A stretch of 60,380 nucleotides of DNA, filler included, from Bonamia ostreae (Eukaryota): NCBI GenBank assembly GCA_040357525.1. It is 11 parts of 11 records of this genome, joined end to end, with 100 filler letters (N's around TTAATTAATTAA, not from the genome) between each part and the next. Parts side by side here need not be neighbours in the genome. Positions count along the whole stretch, not along the records: positions 49,618 to 54,952 come from JBDODL010000203.1; positions 55,053 to 60,380 come from JBDODL010000204.1; 9 more parts are not named here. One strand, given 5' to 3'. The notes under the pieces were generated by a model that did not search any database, had not been told where the DNA came from, and saw only the letters and a list, made by a program, of their open reading frames with translations. Positions 50,935-60,380 of this stretch are shown piece after piece (position 1 is the stretch's first letter; each line of letters begins with the position of its first letter). Both the position numbers and the translations under genes were made by a program.

Positions 50935-52198
50935 ATGGATAAAAACAAAAGCGATCAAATTAATTTGGAAAAAGCGGTTGATTTTCTTTCTTCCAATTTT
51001 GCAAAAAAAGACATTATTCATTTTTCGACTCGTTATTTTTATAAATATTCAACGATTTGGAAATAATTTTTATTGTAAATAATTTATAAAATAATTTTTA
51101 TAAATAATTTATTGTGGAATCAAAACTAATGACCAACATTTGATGAAAAACAAAGAAACAAAGAAAATGACAAAAAAAGAAAGCTTGGAAAGGGTTAAAC
51201 AAGGGACAACATTTATGCGGGTCGGGAAATTTTTGTCATTGGTTAAACCACGTCATTTTGAAGTAACAAACGATGAAACAACTTTAATTTGGTTTTCCAA
51301 ACAAAAGGAAATAAATGAAACAAGTATACCTTTAATCAAAATAATGAGCGTCAGCGTCGGTCAACGAGATTTCGGATTCGCTTTGCTTTCCGACTTTTTC
51401 CGTTCTGCGAAAATGCAAAACAGAAGCTTTAGCATTCACGTTTTTTTGCTAACATTTTTATTTTCGACGCGAATGATTTAAAAAAAAACTGTTTTCATGA
51501 AATATTTTAAAAAACGTTTTTTGTTATCGAAGTATCAAGGAAGTAACGAAAAAATAAGAAAAATAAACATTGTTACCAAATCATCCGCGGAATGTTTGCT
51601 TTGGAGTGGAATGATTTGCTATTTGGCACATCAAAGAAAAACAATAAACTGTTTATGTCACAATAAAGGAGTTGTTCCAATAGATAGTTTTGTCTATTAT
51701 CCTTCTCTTTATGACGGATATGAACCTGTTCTAAAATTTTGTGGCACCAATAATCACTCCAATTTTAACAGTGCTTTGTTTTTAATTTTTAATAGTGCAT
51801 AGTTTTGAAATTCTATTTTTTGGTTAAAATAAAAAATATCTTTTTAAATTTGATCGAACGATAAAATTTGAAATAAAGAAAAAATCACAAGACGAATATA
51901 AAAATCTTCGAGCAACTGGAAAACAACATGAAAAGATTACAAAAACTAAGCGAAGTGGAAGTACTGAAACAACTCGAAAAGAGAAGAGAGATAGATTTCT
52001 TAATAGAACAAGATCTAAAGTGTAGAACGCAGATCGAGATTTTAAAAAAAAAGGGCGTTAAGCGTTCGTAGCTATTTAGGAAGACCTGAATTGGAGAATA
52101 GTAGAAAATGTTTTGCTTTGACGGTTGTTTTGAAGGTGGACATAAAATTGTTAAAGGAGAAAATGGATGTTTTAACAAAGTTTTGTAACGATTGCTAA
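50935..52198 (+). CDS. PLC-type PH-domain protein
   Basis: VKQGTTFMRV..KPRHFEVTNDETTLIW.SK..SIPL.KI.SV.VGQ, RSFSI^Y, INIV.KS..E..LW; start approximate. Confidence 0.65.
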
Positions 52199-52288
52199 AA
52201 ATCTTGTAAGTTTTTTATGAAATGAGAATTACAAATTTTTAAGAATATTTTTACGTAATTTAAACAATAAATTTTTTAATAACAATAA

Positions 52289-52360
52289 GCGCATGTAGTC
52301 TAGTGGTTAGGATGTGCCCTTGCCATGGGTGTGACCCGGGTTCAAATCCCGGCATGCGCA
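52289..52360 (+). tRNA. tRNA-Gly(GCC)
   Basis: Acceptor stem GCGCATG/CATGCGC, D-loop TAGTGGTTAG, anticodon loop TTGCCAT, T-arm CCGGG-TTCAAAT-CCCGG, TTTTT terminator immediately after. Confidence 0.95.
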
Positions 52361-52415
52361 TTTTTGGTGAAAATTTTTTAAAAATTTAATAATTACTTTA
52401 CAAAAAACAAAAAAT

Positions 52416-54375
52416 TTAGTTCTCAATAAAAATTTTTGTTTCCACATCGATTTTTGTAGCAAAAACGCTTGTGCCCCCGTTATCTAAATTTATCTCTTCG
52501 CTGTAAAAACAAACCAAATTCAAAACTAAATCCATTAAAGCGTTAAGAATCGTCGCCATCAAAATATAAAGTGCAATTGTTACCAATAAATTTCTAGCCG
52601 ATTCTATTAAAGCATTCGTCTCATCTTCTAATTTGGAAACAACAAACTTACTGTCAAAATCTGTGATTGGTTTTGACTTTAAAGTTGTTTCACGATTCTT
52701 AAAATTTTTCATTTTCTTCGGCTAAATGAAAAAAATTAAAAAATGAAAAAAAACTTTATAAAAAATCAGAAAAGGAGCACAGTCAATCTTTAAATTTTCA
52801 CAAACTTGTTTGACATATCTGTTGAACATGGAAATTTTGATAATTTGTTTTCTTTCTTTAATTTCAAATTTAGTCCTTTCGATTTGATACCTTTTCATTG
52901 TTTCCATTTCAAATCTTCTTATATCGATTAAATGTTTCTTCTCTTTTCCAATTATTTTCGCGTTCCCTTTTTCCACCATTTTTTTAATGTCAAACGCCTT
53001 TTTGTTATTAATTTTATCTTATTTTGAACAATTTTTATTCCCAAAATTGAACAATTTTTAAAAGTGTTTTTTTCTAGAATAAAAACTTGCAGCTCTAAAA
53101 TTCTGCTTTTTCTGATATTTTCAAAATTTACAAAATGAAAAACAATATAAAAAAAGATCCAATAAAATAGAATTAAAATAAAAATTTTTGTTGCCAGTTT
53201 TTGCAGCAAAGAACAATTTACGAATTGGCAAAATCTAAATTTTTTGCTTTTTGTTTTGGATTCGTCTTTGCTTTTGTAAATTTTTCTTGTTTCTCCTTCA
53301 ATTTTTAGTGTTTATTGGAATAAAAGGTGTAACAATAGAACCTGGATAATCTTCAAACTTTCTATACAATTTGATAACATCGATTAAAATAGGAAAATAG
53401 AAAATCGGAAATTTTACAAATCTGATGTTCCCGGAATCGGTTGTTTTTGCAATTTCCACCATTATATTTTTGGTTTCTATAGATTTCAATTCGTTTTTTA
53501 TATTCTTTTCAAATTCCAATTCGTTTGTGATTTTTTCTTCGAATTTCAAATTATTCTCTTTCTCCAAATTTATAAACTTTCTCTTTGTTTCAATTAATAA
53601 ACCTTTTGAACAGCAAAAAATCGATTAAAACGGTATTCAAAATCCTCCAAAATTTTTATTTTAACTTCAAAATTAATTTTCTGTGACAAAATCGAATCAA
53701 TTTGTTTAAAATCTCGTTTTTTGGTGATATTGGCCAATCCGAAATAATTTTTCTCCATTTTTTCGTCAATTTCTGAAAAATTGTTTTCTTCAAAATTTGC
53801 CATTTTCATAAAAAATATTTTTTCTATTTCTGATTTAATCAATTTGGTCTTTATCTTTTGTCGCTTTGTTTCAGTTTGCACATGTTTATTAATTGTATAA
53901 AAAATTTGGTCGCGCCAATACAAAATTTTCGACCCATTCATCAAAACAATCAAATCTGATCTTCTTTTGTAAAATATAATTAATTGCCACATAATCAAAG
54001 TACTTGTCACACACCTGAGCATAAAGGATATCAGCCAAATAACTCCAATGACATTCTTTTTTCTGTAAAAATTAAAAATATCAAAATTTGATCAAAACAT
54101 TTTAATTTGTCGATCTGTCACTCCTTTTTTGTACTTATAAAATATCGATGTCTACAAAATAATAAAAAAAACCAAAAAATGATCAACAGAGGAAACATAA
54201 TCAAAACCAAAAAGTACTTTGAATTTTCTTGCAGTAACAAAAACACTTTTTGCTTTAAAGTCGCTTTCTCAAGACGAATTTTCAATTTTGTGTTGTTGAA
54301 AATAAATTTTTTAAAATTGTTCGAATTAATAAAATTCGAATTGAAAAATAACAAATTTAATAAAAAAATAGCCAT
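52416..54375 (-). CDS. Hypothetical multi-pass membrane protein
   Basis: Chain of same-strand ORFs with several hydrophobic segments; exon structure not fully resolved. Confidence 0.5.
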
Positions 54376-54460
54376 TTTATCGGTTTTTTTTCCAAAATTT
54401 TAAAAATTTAATAAAAAATTTTATTTTCTCGTTATTACGAATATATTAAAAACCCTTAAT

Positions 54461-54943
54461 ATGTTAAAGCTTATAAAATTTAGAGTTAATGGCGGAACAA
54501 ATGCGTTCAAAATACTCAACAACTCGGTTCGCTCCAAGACGAACCAGCGAATGCTCAAAGCGCGTCTGGACGCCAAAAAGCGCCTGAAACTTCGAGCGCG
54601 TCTGAACAGCAAAAAGAAGAAACAAAGTCGAATCGATAAACTTTCTTCAATCGTTTCCTCATTTTAAAAAATGCAATTGGCTCATCCGCCATTTTTTCTA
54701 AAAAAGAGACCGGATGAGATGACGATGCGGCAAATGTACAGAGAACTCGCTTATAAGAAGTGCTGGCCGATCAAAGGACTTCTCGACAAAGCACAGCTTT
54801 CCAATTTGGTCAAAAGCAGACGAATAACAGAGAAAAAAGAACAGGAGAAGCTTAAAATGCGACAAAACAAAAACGCTGAAAAACTTTTGAAAGAGCGAAA
54901 ATTAGGATATTATTTGTATTTGAAGAGAAAGAGAACAGTGTAA
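54461..54943 (+). CDS. Basic hypothetical protein (possible mitochondrial targeting)
   Basis: Two exons (ATC^GTTTCC...AAAG^AGA); R/K-rich N-terminus lacking acidic residues. Confidence 0.55.
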
Positions 54944-55059
54944 ATAAAGATGNNNNNNNNNNNNNNNNNNNNNNNNNNNNNNNNNNNNNNNNNNNNTTAA
55001 TTAATTAANNNNNNNNNNNNNNNNNNNNNNNNNNNNNNNNNNNNNNNNNNNNGTGATAT

Positions 55060-55560
55060 TTATTCGGTCAAACTAATGATAGCTTGGACGACATCGTTGA
55101 GATTCTCTCTCAGAGCTTTTACTGCTCCAGCTCTGTCGACTCCACCCTGATCCATTACCATCTCTATGTCTTCTGCATCTAGTCCCGTTTCGTCTACTTG
55201 TTCCTCCTCCGCATTAGTTGCACTGTTCTCCTTCTCCTCTGCGGATTTCTTCTCCGCGTACTCCTGCAACATCTTGGCGGCTTTCTTCTGTGCCTCCATC
55301 GTGACGTCGTCGATTACGGCGTCTCCGAAGACGACGACAGAATCCGTGTCGTTGACGTGGTAAACTTCGGGATGGTCGATGACGATGAGAATGCCGTGGC
55401 CCTTCTCAATCACCACTCGTTTTATGTCTGAAAGTTTACGAATGTTCTTTTTGAGTAGCGACTTTTTAAATTTGCGCGCCATTTTGTTCTGATATGCGAC
55501 CATTTTAGGGTTGACGGTGAACTGGTTCATCATGTTGGACATTGCGTCTTCGGCGGCCAT
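55060..55560 (-). CDS. NACA: Nascent polypeptide-associated complex alpha subunit
   Basis: IKRVVIEK..ILIVIDHPEVY..SVVVFGDA.IDD; UBA-like DIEMVMDQGGVDRAGAVKALRENLNDVVQAI; intronless. Confidence 0.93.
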   Translation of the reverse strand: MAAEDAMSNMMNQFTVNPKMVAYQNKMARKFKKSLLKKNIRKLSDIKRVVIEKGHGILIVIDHPEVYHVNDTDSVVVFGDAVIDDVTMEAQKKAAKMLQEYAEKKSAEEKENSATNAEEEQVDETGLDAEDIEMVMDQGGVDRAGAVKALRENLNDVVQAIISLTE

Positions 55561-55921
55561 TGCGATGAATTGTAAAATTTAGTGTTTTTGGTATAAAATG
55601 ACTAAATTTAAAATAAGAAAATTGCCGTTTTAATAAGTTTGCCAAAAGCTAAAATTTGTCTTCGGATGGTTAAAATGCTAAAACGACATATTTAAAAATT
55701 TGGTTGTTTTGATTCTCAACAAGATCAACGATCTTTTGGTTATCACAAAAACTGATTTATTTTGTTTACACAAGAGAAGATATTATTGTAAACAAAATTT
55801 TTGTGGGTGAGAAACAGCCTCAAAACATATTGAAACCATTTTTTGTTGGTTTTTGTCAGCCATTTGAAAATTATCACATATTTTAATAGGATGCCCAAGA
55901 CATTTTTAACAGTCAAAAATG

Positions 55922-57847
55922 TCATTTAATCAAAATTTCCGTTTCTTTCAAATCTGCAATTTGCTTTTTCAATCCTATTTTTTCTGTTGGGCTTTTGCTC
56001 TTCTTCAGATTCCTCTTGTGCAATCTGATTTTGGCGCTTAGAGGCCTGTTCAATCTGTATGCGCTGAAATTTCTGTCTCCGACTTTGGCACTAAACAAAA
56101 CGTCCCACTCCAACAAGCTGTCGCAAAATTTTGGATTCTGCGTCAAAACGAAAACTTCTCTGAACTCGACATTTTTTAAGAGAAATCGTTCAAACGAGGA
56201 CAGCAATCTGCTTCCATTCCCAAAATTTGGAAAAGTTGTTACGATAGCACATCTTTTGTGCTGAGATTTGTCAATTTCTGCTTTTACATTTTCCGACGCA
56301 ATTGAAAAATCTTTGTCGAGGAACATGAAATCTGTTTTCGTCGGGACTTTGTTGGCTTCGTCGATTTGCTCCCATCTGTCCACCGCTTCCTTCGCAAAAT
56401 TAAAATTTGTCGATTTGCAAATTTGGAAATTCAACTTTAATGTTCAAATCGCTTCCGAAAAATTGGATTTTTGCGTCTTTGCGTTCCTTCTTTTCCGATT
56501 TTTCGTTGATTTGCACTTTCCGTTTATCTTCCAAACTTTTGAGTGTTCCTGGAACGGGTTCTTCGAGTGTGTTTTTGGTATCCAAATGAGCCATTTTCTC
56601 AGCCGCGGTGGCCATTATTGTGCCGCGGCCACAGAAAGGGTCCCAAATGAAGTCGATTCCTCTCTTCTCCAGCATCATTACGTCGAAGAGAGCATTCGAA
56701 AGAGCGGTCAATCTGTTCGCCGCTTCGTTTCGTCGAAAGAGCACCCGAAAAGCTACGGACACAAATCCGTACGAAACCTGGCAAACCACTCGGACTTCTT
56801 CAGAAATTTGCCGCCGGCTCAAACTTTTGTTGTTTAAAGGGAGTTTCCCCGCCGCGAACTCGCCGAACCTTCTGATTTCCTGTAAAAAGCTTTCTTTGTT
56901 CGCCCTTTCCATTTCCATGCGCACATATCTGCGCCTCAGTTCGTCGAGTTTGCCCGTGAACTTCTTTCCCTTTTCACGCAGCGCTGCTCTCAATTGCTTT
57001 TTCTAACTTTGTCGATAAAACTGCCATTTTTTCAGATTTGTCGGTGAAGTGCGTTTTCTCCAAAATGAAGTTTGTGTACTTTTCTGGATTCGAGTTTCTT
57101 TTCCGGGGAGCAGAAATGGACTTTAACAGCAGATCCTTAATGGTCATTTCGGATGCGAAAAAATCTCCGTCTACGTGAATGTTGGCCAAAGGAGTGACCG
57201 CTGTTGGGATGAAGCGACGCCTTATCTTTAATGACCAAACCAGTCGATTTTGGTGAAAAGGGACGTCAATTTGTCTCTGTCTTCGACTTTCACGCGGGTC
57301 AATTGCAGGTGAACTTCAGAGCACGTCTTCAAGTTTCGCAGAGCGTCCAAATCGATTTTGTCGCAAACAAAGTGAATTTGGCGTTTTCTGCGTCGGATCT
57401 GTGTTAATCGGAAATGTTTTCAATATAACAGTTTTTGATTATTTTATGCAAAATGTTTGCGGAACAATCTGAATAGCAGATTTTGCTAAAAGAAACTCGG
57501 TGCGTGCGAGAAAGAAATGGAATGGATTCTATTTCTTTTTTGGCTATAGCTTCAATTCCGCTATTGCAAACGGCGAAGAAAAACAATTTTTCTCTTTTAT
57601 CCCAATTTCCATTCGGAATAATAAAACTATTTTCTGACTCGCTTTTCTCTGATTTTGCATCTACAATTATTCGTTTTTTCTTTTTTGCGTAGATTTTATT
57701 ATTTACTAATAGTTCTGATTTCGGACTTCTATTCCGATCAACATTTTTTGGGGCTTTCAGTTTGTTGTGAGAGTTTGTTTTTTTATATGCTCTAGAAAGA
57801 ACAGATGATCTTGTTTTGTTGCTTTGCAGTTTCCGCAAAATCAACAT
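55922..57847 (-). CDS. THUMP-type RNA methyltransferase (UPF0020/RlmL/THUMPD-like) with SAP-like insert
   Basis: FFAVCNSGIEAIAKKEI, WDPFCGRGTI, FFGSDLN, AIVTTFPNFG; micro-introns of 19 and 20 nt. Confidence 0.7.
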
Positions 57848-58469
57848 TTTTATGATTTGCGATCTTAATAAAGTTTTGAGTAAATGGATTAAGCGAGTTG
57901 TTCAAATAGATTTTCCCAAATTTTTTTGTTTTGTATCATCAATTTTGTACTCCATTTTTGGGTAGCGGAAATCTCTCAAGACATTAAAAGCGGGACACAA
58001 CTTAAGTTGTTTTGGAGTGCACGAACCGATGCTCAACCATCGCCTCGCGCAAGGATGGCATTTAGTGGGTCAGGTTTCAATTATAGTCGCGCAATTAGCC
58101 ACAGGGCTTTTTGCCACTCTGCCGTTAATTAGAGAGACAAAACTTACTTTTAAACCACAATTTTTTTAATAGAAAACAAATTTAAAAAATATTAAACGAG
58201 TTCGAATCAACGGAAACATCCGTCATCCCTCCTCTAGCGGATGTATAAGAAAAAATTGCGGTATAAATAGATTTGAAACATTAAAATTTTAAACATTGGT
58301 ATTTTAAACATTTTAAACATTGACATTTAATTAAAAATATTTCTTATATCTTGAGGGAGCGAACATGGAGGGCGGGTTCTCCCTAGCACACAAAACAAAA
58401 TAAATTAAAGAAAGAATAAATAAATGAAAAAAAGAATTAGACGAACAATTCAGAGAAAATTTTAAAAAT

Positions 58470-58856
58470 TTATTGTTCTGAAAAAATTAATTTGATCGGA
58501 AGTTTTTTCTTTGCAATCTTTATCGCCCTCCGCGATGGCTCCATTCCATCAATGCGCAACAATCGATGCCCAACGCGCACCCCCGAATCGAAAGCCAAAC
58601 TGGGCATTCCAACGGCTCTGACTCTCATATCGTCCCCGAAGCGTATTCGATAAGGCAATGTGTCTATGAGCACTGCGTAGACCAATCTGGTGCGCTCCGC
58701 GTAGCTGGATATCAGATTTATTCGTTCCAAGCCCTCCAAGAAATAGTCCGCCATTTCTCTTATGTGCCGCGAGAGACTTTTATGAGTGTCCTCTTTGAGA
58801 TTTTCACCCATGTTCCACTTTTTAGAGTTTTCGATAATAATGGGCTCGTAAAACAT
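58470..58856 (-). CDS. Small PDZ-like domain protein
   Basis: VRAVGMPSLAFDSGVRVGHRLLRIDG matches the PDZ core pattern. Confidence 0.6.
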   Translation of the reverse strand: MFYEPIIIENSKKWNMGENLKEDTHKSLSRHIREMADYFLEGLERINLISSYAERTRLVYAVLIDTLPYRIRFGDDMRVRAVGMPSLAFDSGVRVGHRLLRIDGMEPSRRAIKIAKKKLPIKLIFSEQ

Positions 58857-58990
58857 GAATTGTATTGGTTAGGTTAAGTTATTAAAAATCGTTTTATTAA
58901 AGATGTGTTGACACAAAAAATCGGTATTCGATCATATCCACAAACTGGCAATGTTAAACGGAAAGACTATAACCTAAAACACTGCTGCCG

Positions 58991-59355
58991 ATGCTAATAA
59001 GGTCGATAAATAAAAATCTGTGTCGGAACAAGACCAGAAATCCGTTCACCAAGTTACGAACTCGCGAGTTTTCTACTTTAGCCAACTCCACTGTCTTCCG
59101 CATATACAAGCGGTACATCGCGTCAAGCAGCGTTGTCTTCGCAGGCACTATTTTGAGCTTGACGGTGTTGTATATGACCGGCGCGAGGGGCTTTTCGAAT
59201 TGGGTGTGGAACCAATACAACAAAGACGTTTTTAAGGCAAAAAGTAGAAAAGTTTTGAGGGGATCATCGGGCGATTTCCGGAGAAGATCCCGTACGAACC
59301 TTTCGGCGCGGAAGAGGAGGAGGAAGAAGACGAATTTGAAGACGATGAAGAATAA
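58991..59355 (+). CDS. Cytochrome bc1 subunit 9 (QCR9/UQCR10)-like
   Basis: Presequence-like N-terminus; IYKRYIASSSVVFAGTIL...WVWNQYNKD^KSFEGI; 20-nt intron; acidic tail EEEEEEDEFEDDEE. Confidence 0.6.
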
Positions 59356-59642
59356 ATATTTAAAAAATTTCAATAATCTGAAATAAAAACGAGATTACTC
59401 TCCGTGACAACGACAATAACAATTATTGTTTCAAAAATAAATACTTATTTAGTTAATTTTATTAATTTCGACAAAGATGCGCTTATAATAGAATTAATAA
59501 GCTTTCATCTTTGGCGTTTACTAATCGAAAACGCATTTTTTAATTTGGAAAATGAGGCTAACGACCCTGAACTGACCGTGCATCGTCAAGCGCAGAAATT
59601 CAATTTTTAGGGGGAAACTCAGAAAATTTATCAGTTCAAAAA

Positions 59643-59724
59643 TCTGGTAACGACAGTACCGGGATTTGAACATATGCAAGCACGAAGGCGCATACTTAGT
59701 TCGAACGACTGAGCCTTTGCACCC
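59643..59724 (-). mobile_element. SINE-like element, diverged near-full copy
   Basis: GGGTGCAAAGGCTCAGTCGTTCGAACTAAGTATGCGCCTTCGTGCTTGCATATGTTCAAATCCCGGTACTGTCGTTACCA is colinear with the 9463 copy. Confidence 0.7.
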
Positions 59725-59791
59725 GAAAGCGCAATTTGGCAAAAGAATTTTAGTTTGTAATTAATCGATTTTAACAACAAACGGATAAATT

Positions 59792-60380
59792 TTAATGGTC
59801 TTCAAAATAATCTTGGCTCCATTTCTGATACAGACTCATAAATTTGGCTACGAAAGCTTCAAGGTGGTAAATCGGCTTTGAACCTTTAGCCATTCTCAAC
59901 TCCTTTTAAATTTTAATAAAAAGTTATTATAGCTTACATGAAAAGCCGCGAATCGCACCACTTCGCGTTGGAGTTCAAAATCGCACTTCTCCATCAATTC
60001 GAGGACGAGTTCTTTCAGAATAACCCCCGGCGGAATCAACCTGTTCAAAAGCTCGTAAAGCTTCGACCGCACGACAAGCAGCCTCTTCGAAGATTGCTCT
60101 TCGCAGATAAGAAGAGCGACTTCGCCGATGAATTTTTTCCACGCCAATTTAGCTATTTCGTCGGACCTTTAAACTCGCAAACAAAACCCGTTTGCCATCG
60201 AAAGCTCCAATGCGAGAATAGCTCTCCTCACATTGCCCTCCGACTCTGCGACGACCTTTTCAAGTTTAACTTGCCGTTTTGAACCAAAACTTTCAGGAAC
60301 GCTTATTTCTTCTTTTGTGCAAATATCCTTTAAGACTCGTTTAATCGCATTTCCGTCTGGTGCCGGCACTCTCAGACAGA
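59792..60380 (-). CDS. RFC3: Replication factor C subunit 3 (yeast RFC5 orthologue), 5'-partial
   Basis: GNVRRAILALE, EEQS..RLL.VRSKLYELL...IPP..ILK.L, H^ELRMAKGSKPIYHLEAFVAKFM. Confidence 0.92.

Overview
This is not one locus. It is 11 unlinked contigs of about 5.3-5.45 kb, in descending length order, joined by artificial 100-nt linkers (N44-TTAATTAATTAA-N44). The source is an AT-rich, compact eukaryotic (protist-like) genome using the standard genetic code. Genes carry many tiny GT-AG introns (mostly 19-30 nt, usually GTTT donors, often AAG acceptors), plus a minority of long introns filled with local tandem repeats or inserted elements. Genes recognised by manual splicing: DRG GTPase, DNA2, UFD1, MAK16, PDX1, SRPRA, HCCS, TFIIA-gamma, an SMG5/6/7-like EST1-domain protein, CHD6-9-like and ERCC6L2-like remodellers, NAA30, two tandem bZIPs, CDK1, Derlin, TERT (N-terminal half), two Deg/HtrA proteases, MCM3, NACA, a THUMP-type methyltransferase, a QCR9-like protein, RFC3, tRNA-Gly(GCC) and a large Cys-repeat type I surface protein. 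Most notable observations: a dispersed tRNA-like Pol III/SINE-like family (at least 5 copies or fragments; the anticodon arm looks replaced by a UUCG hairpin), decayed LINE fragments, the divergent micro-intron system, and head-to-head genes whose first ATGs are 16 bp apart. The overall style resembles a reduced parasitic protist (possibly a haplosporidian/ascetosporean rhizarian), but that assignment is inference only. All exon boundaries were inferred by eye and no database searches were run.
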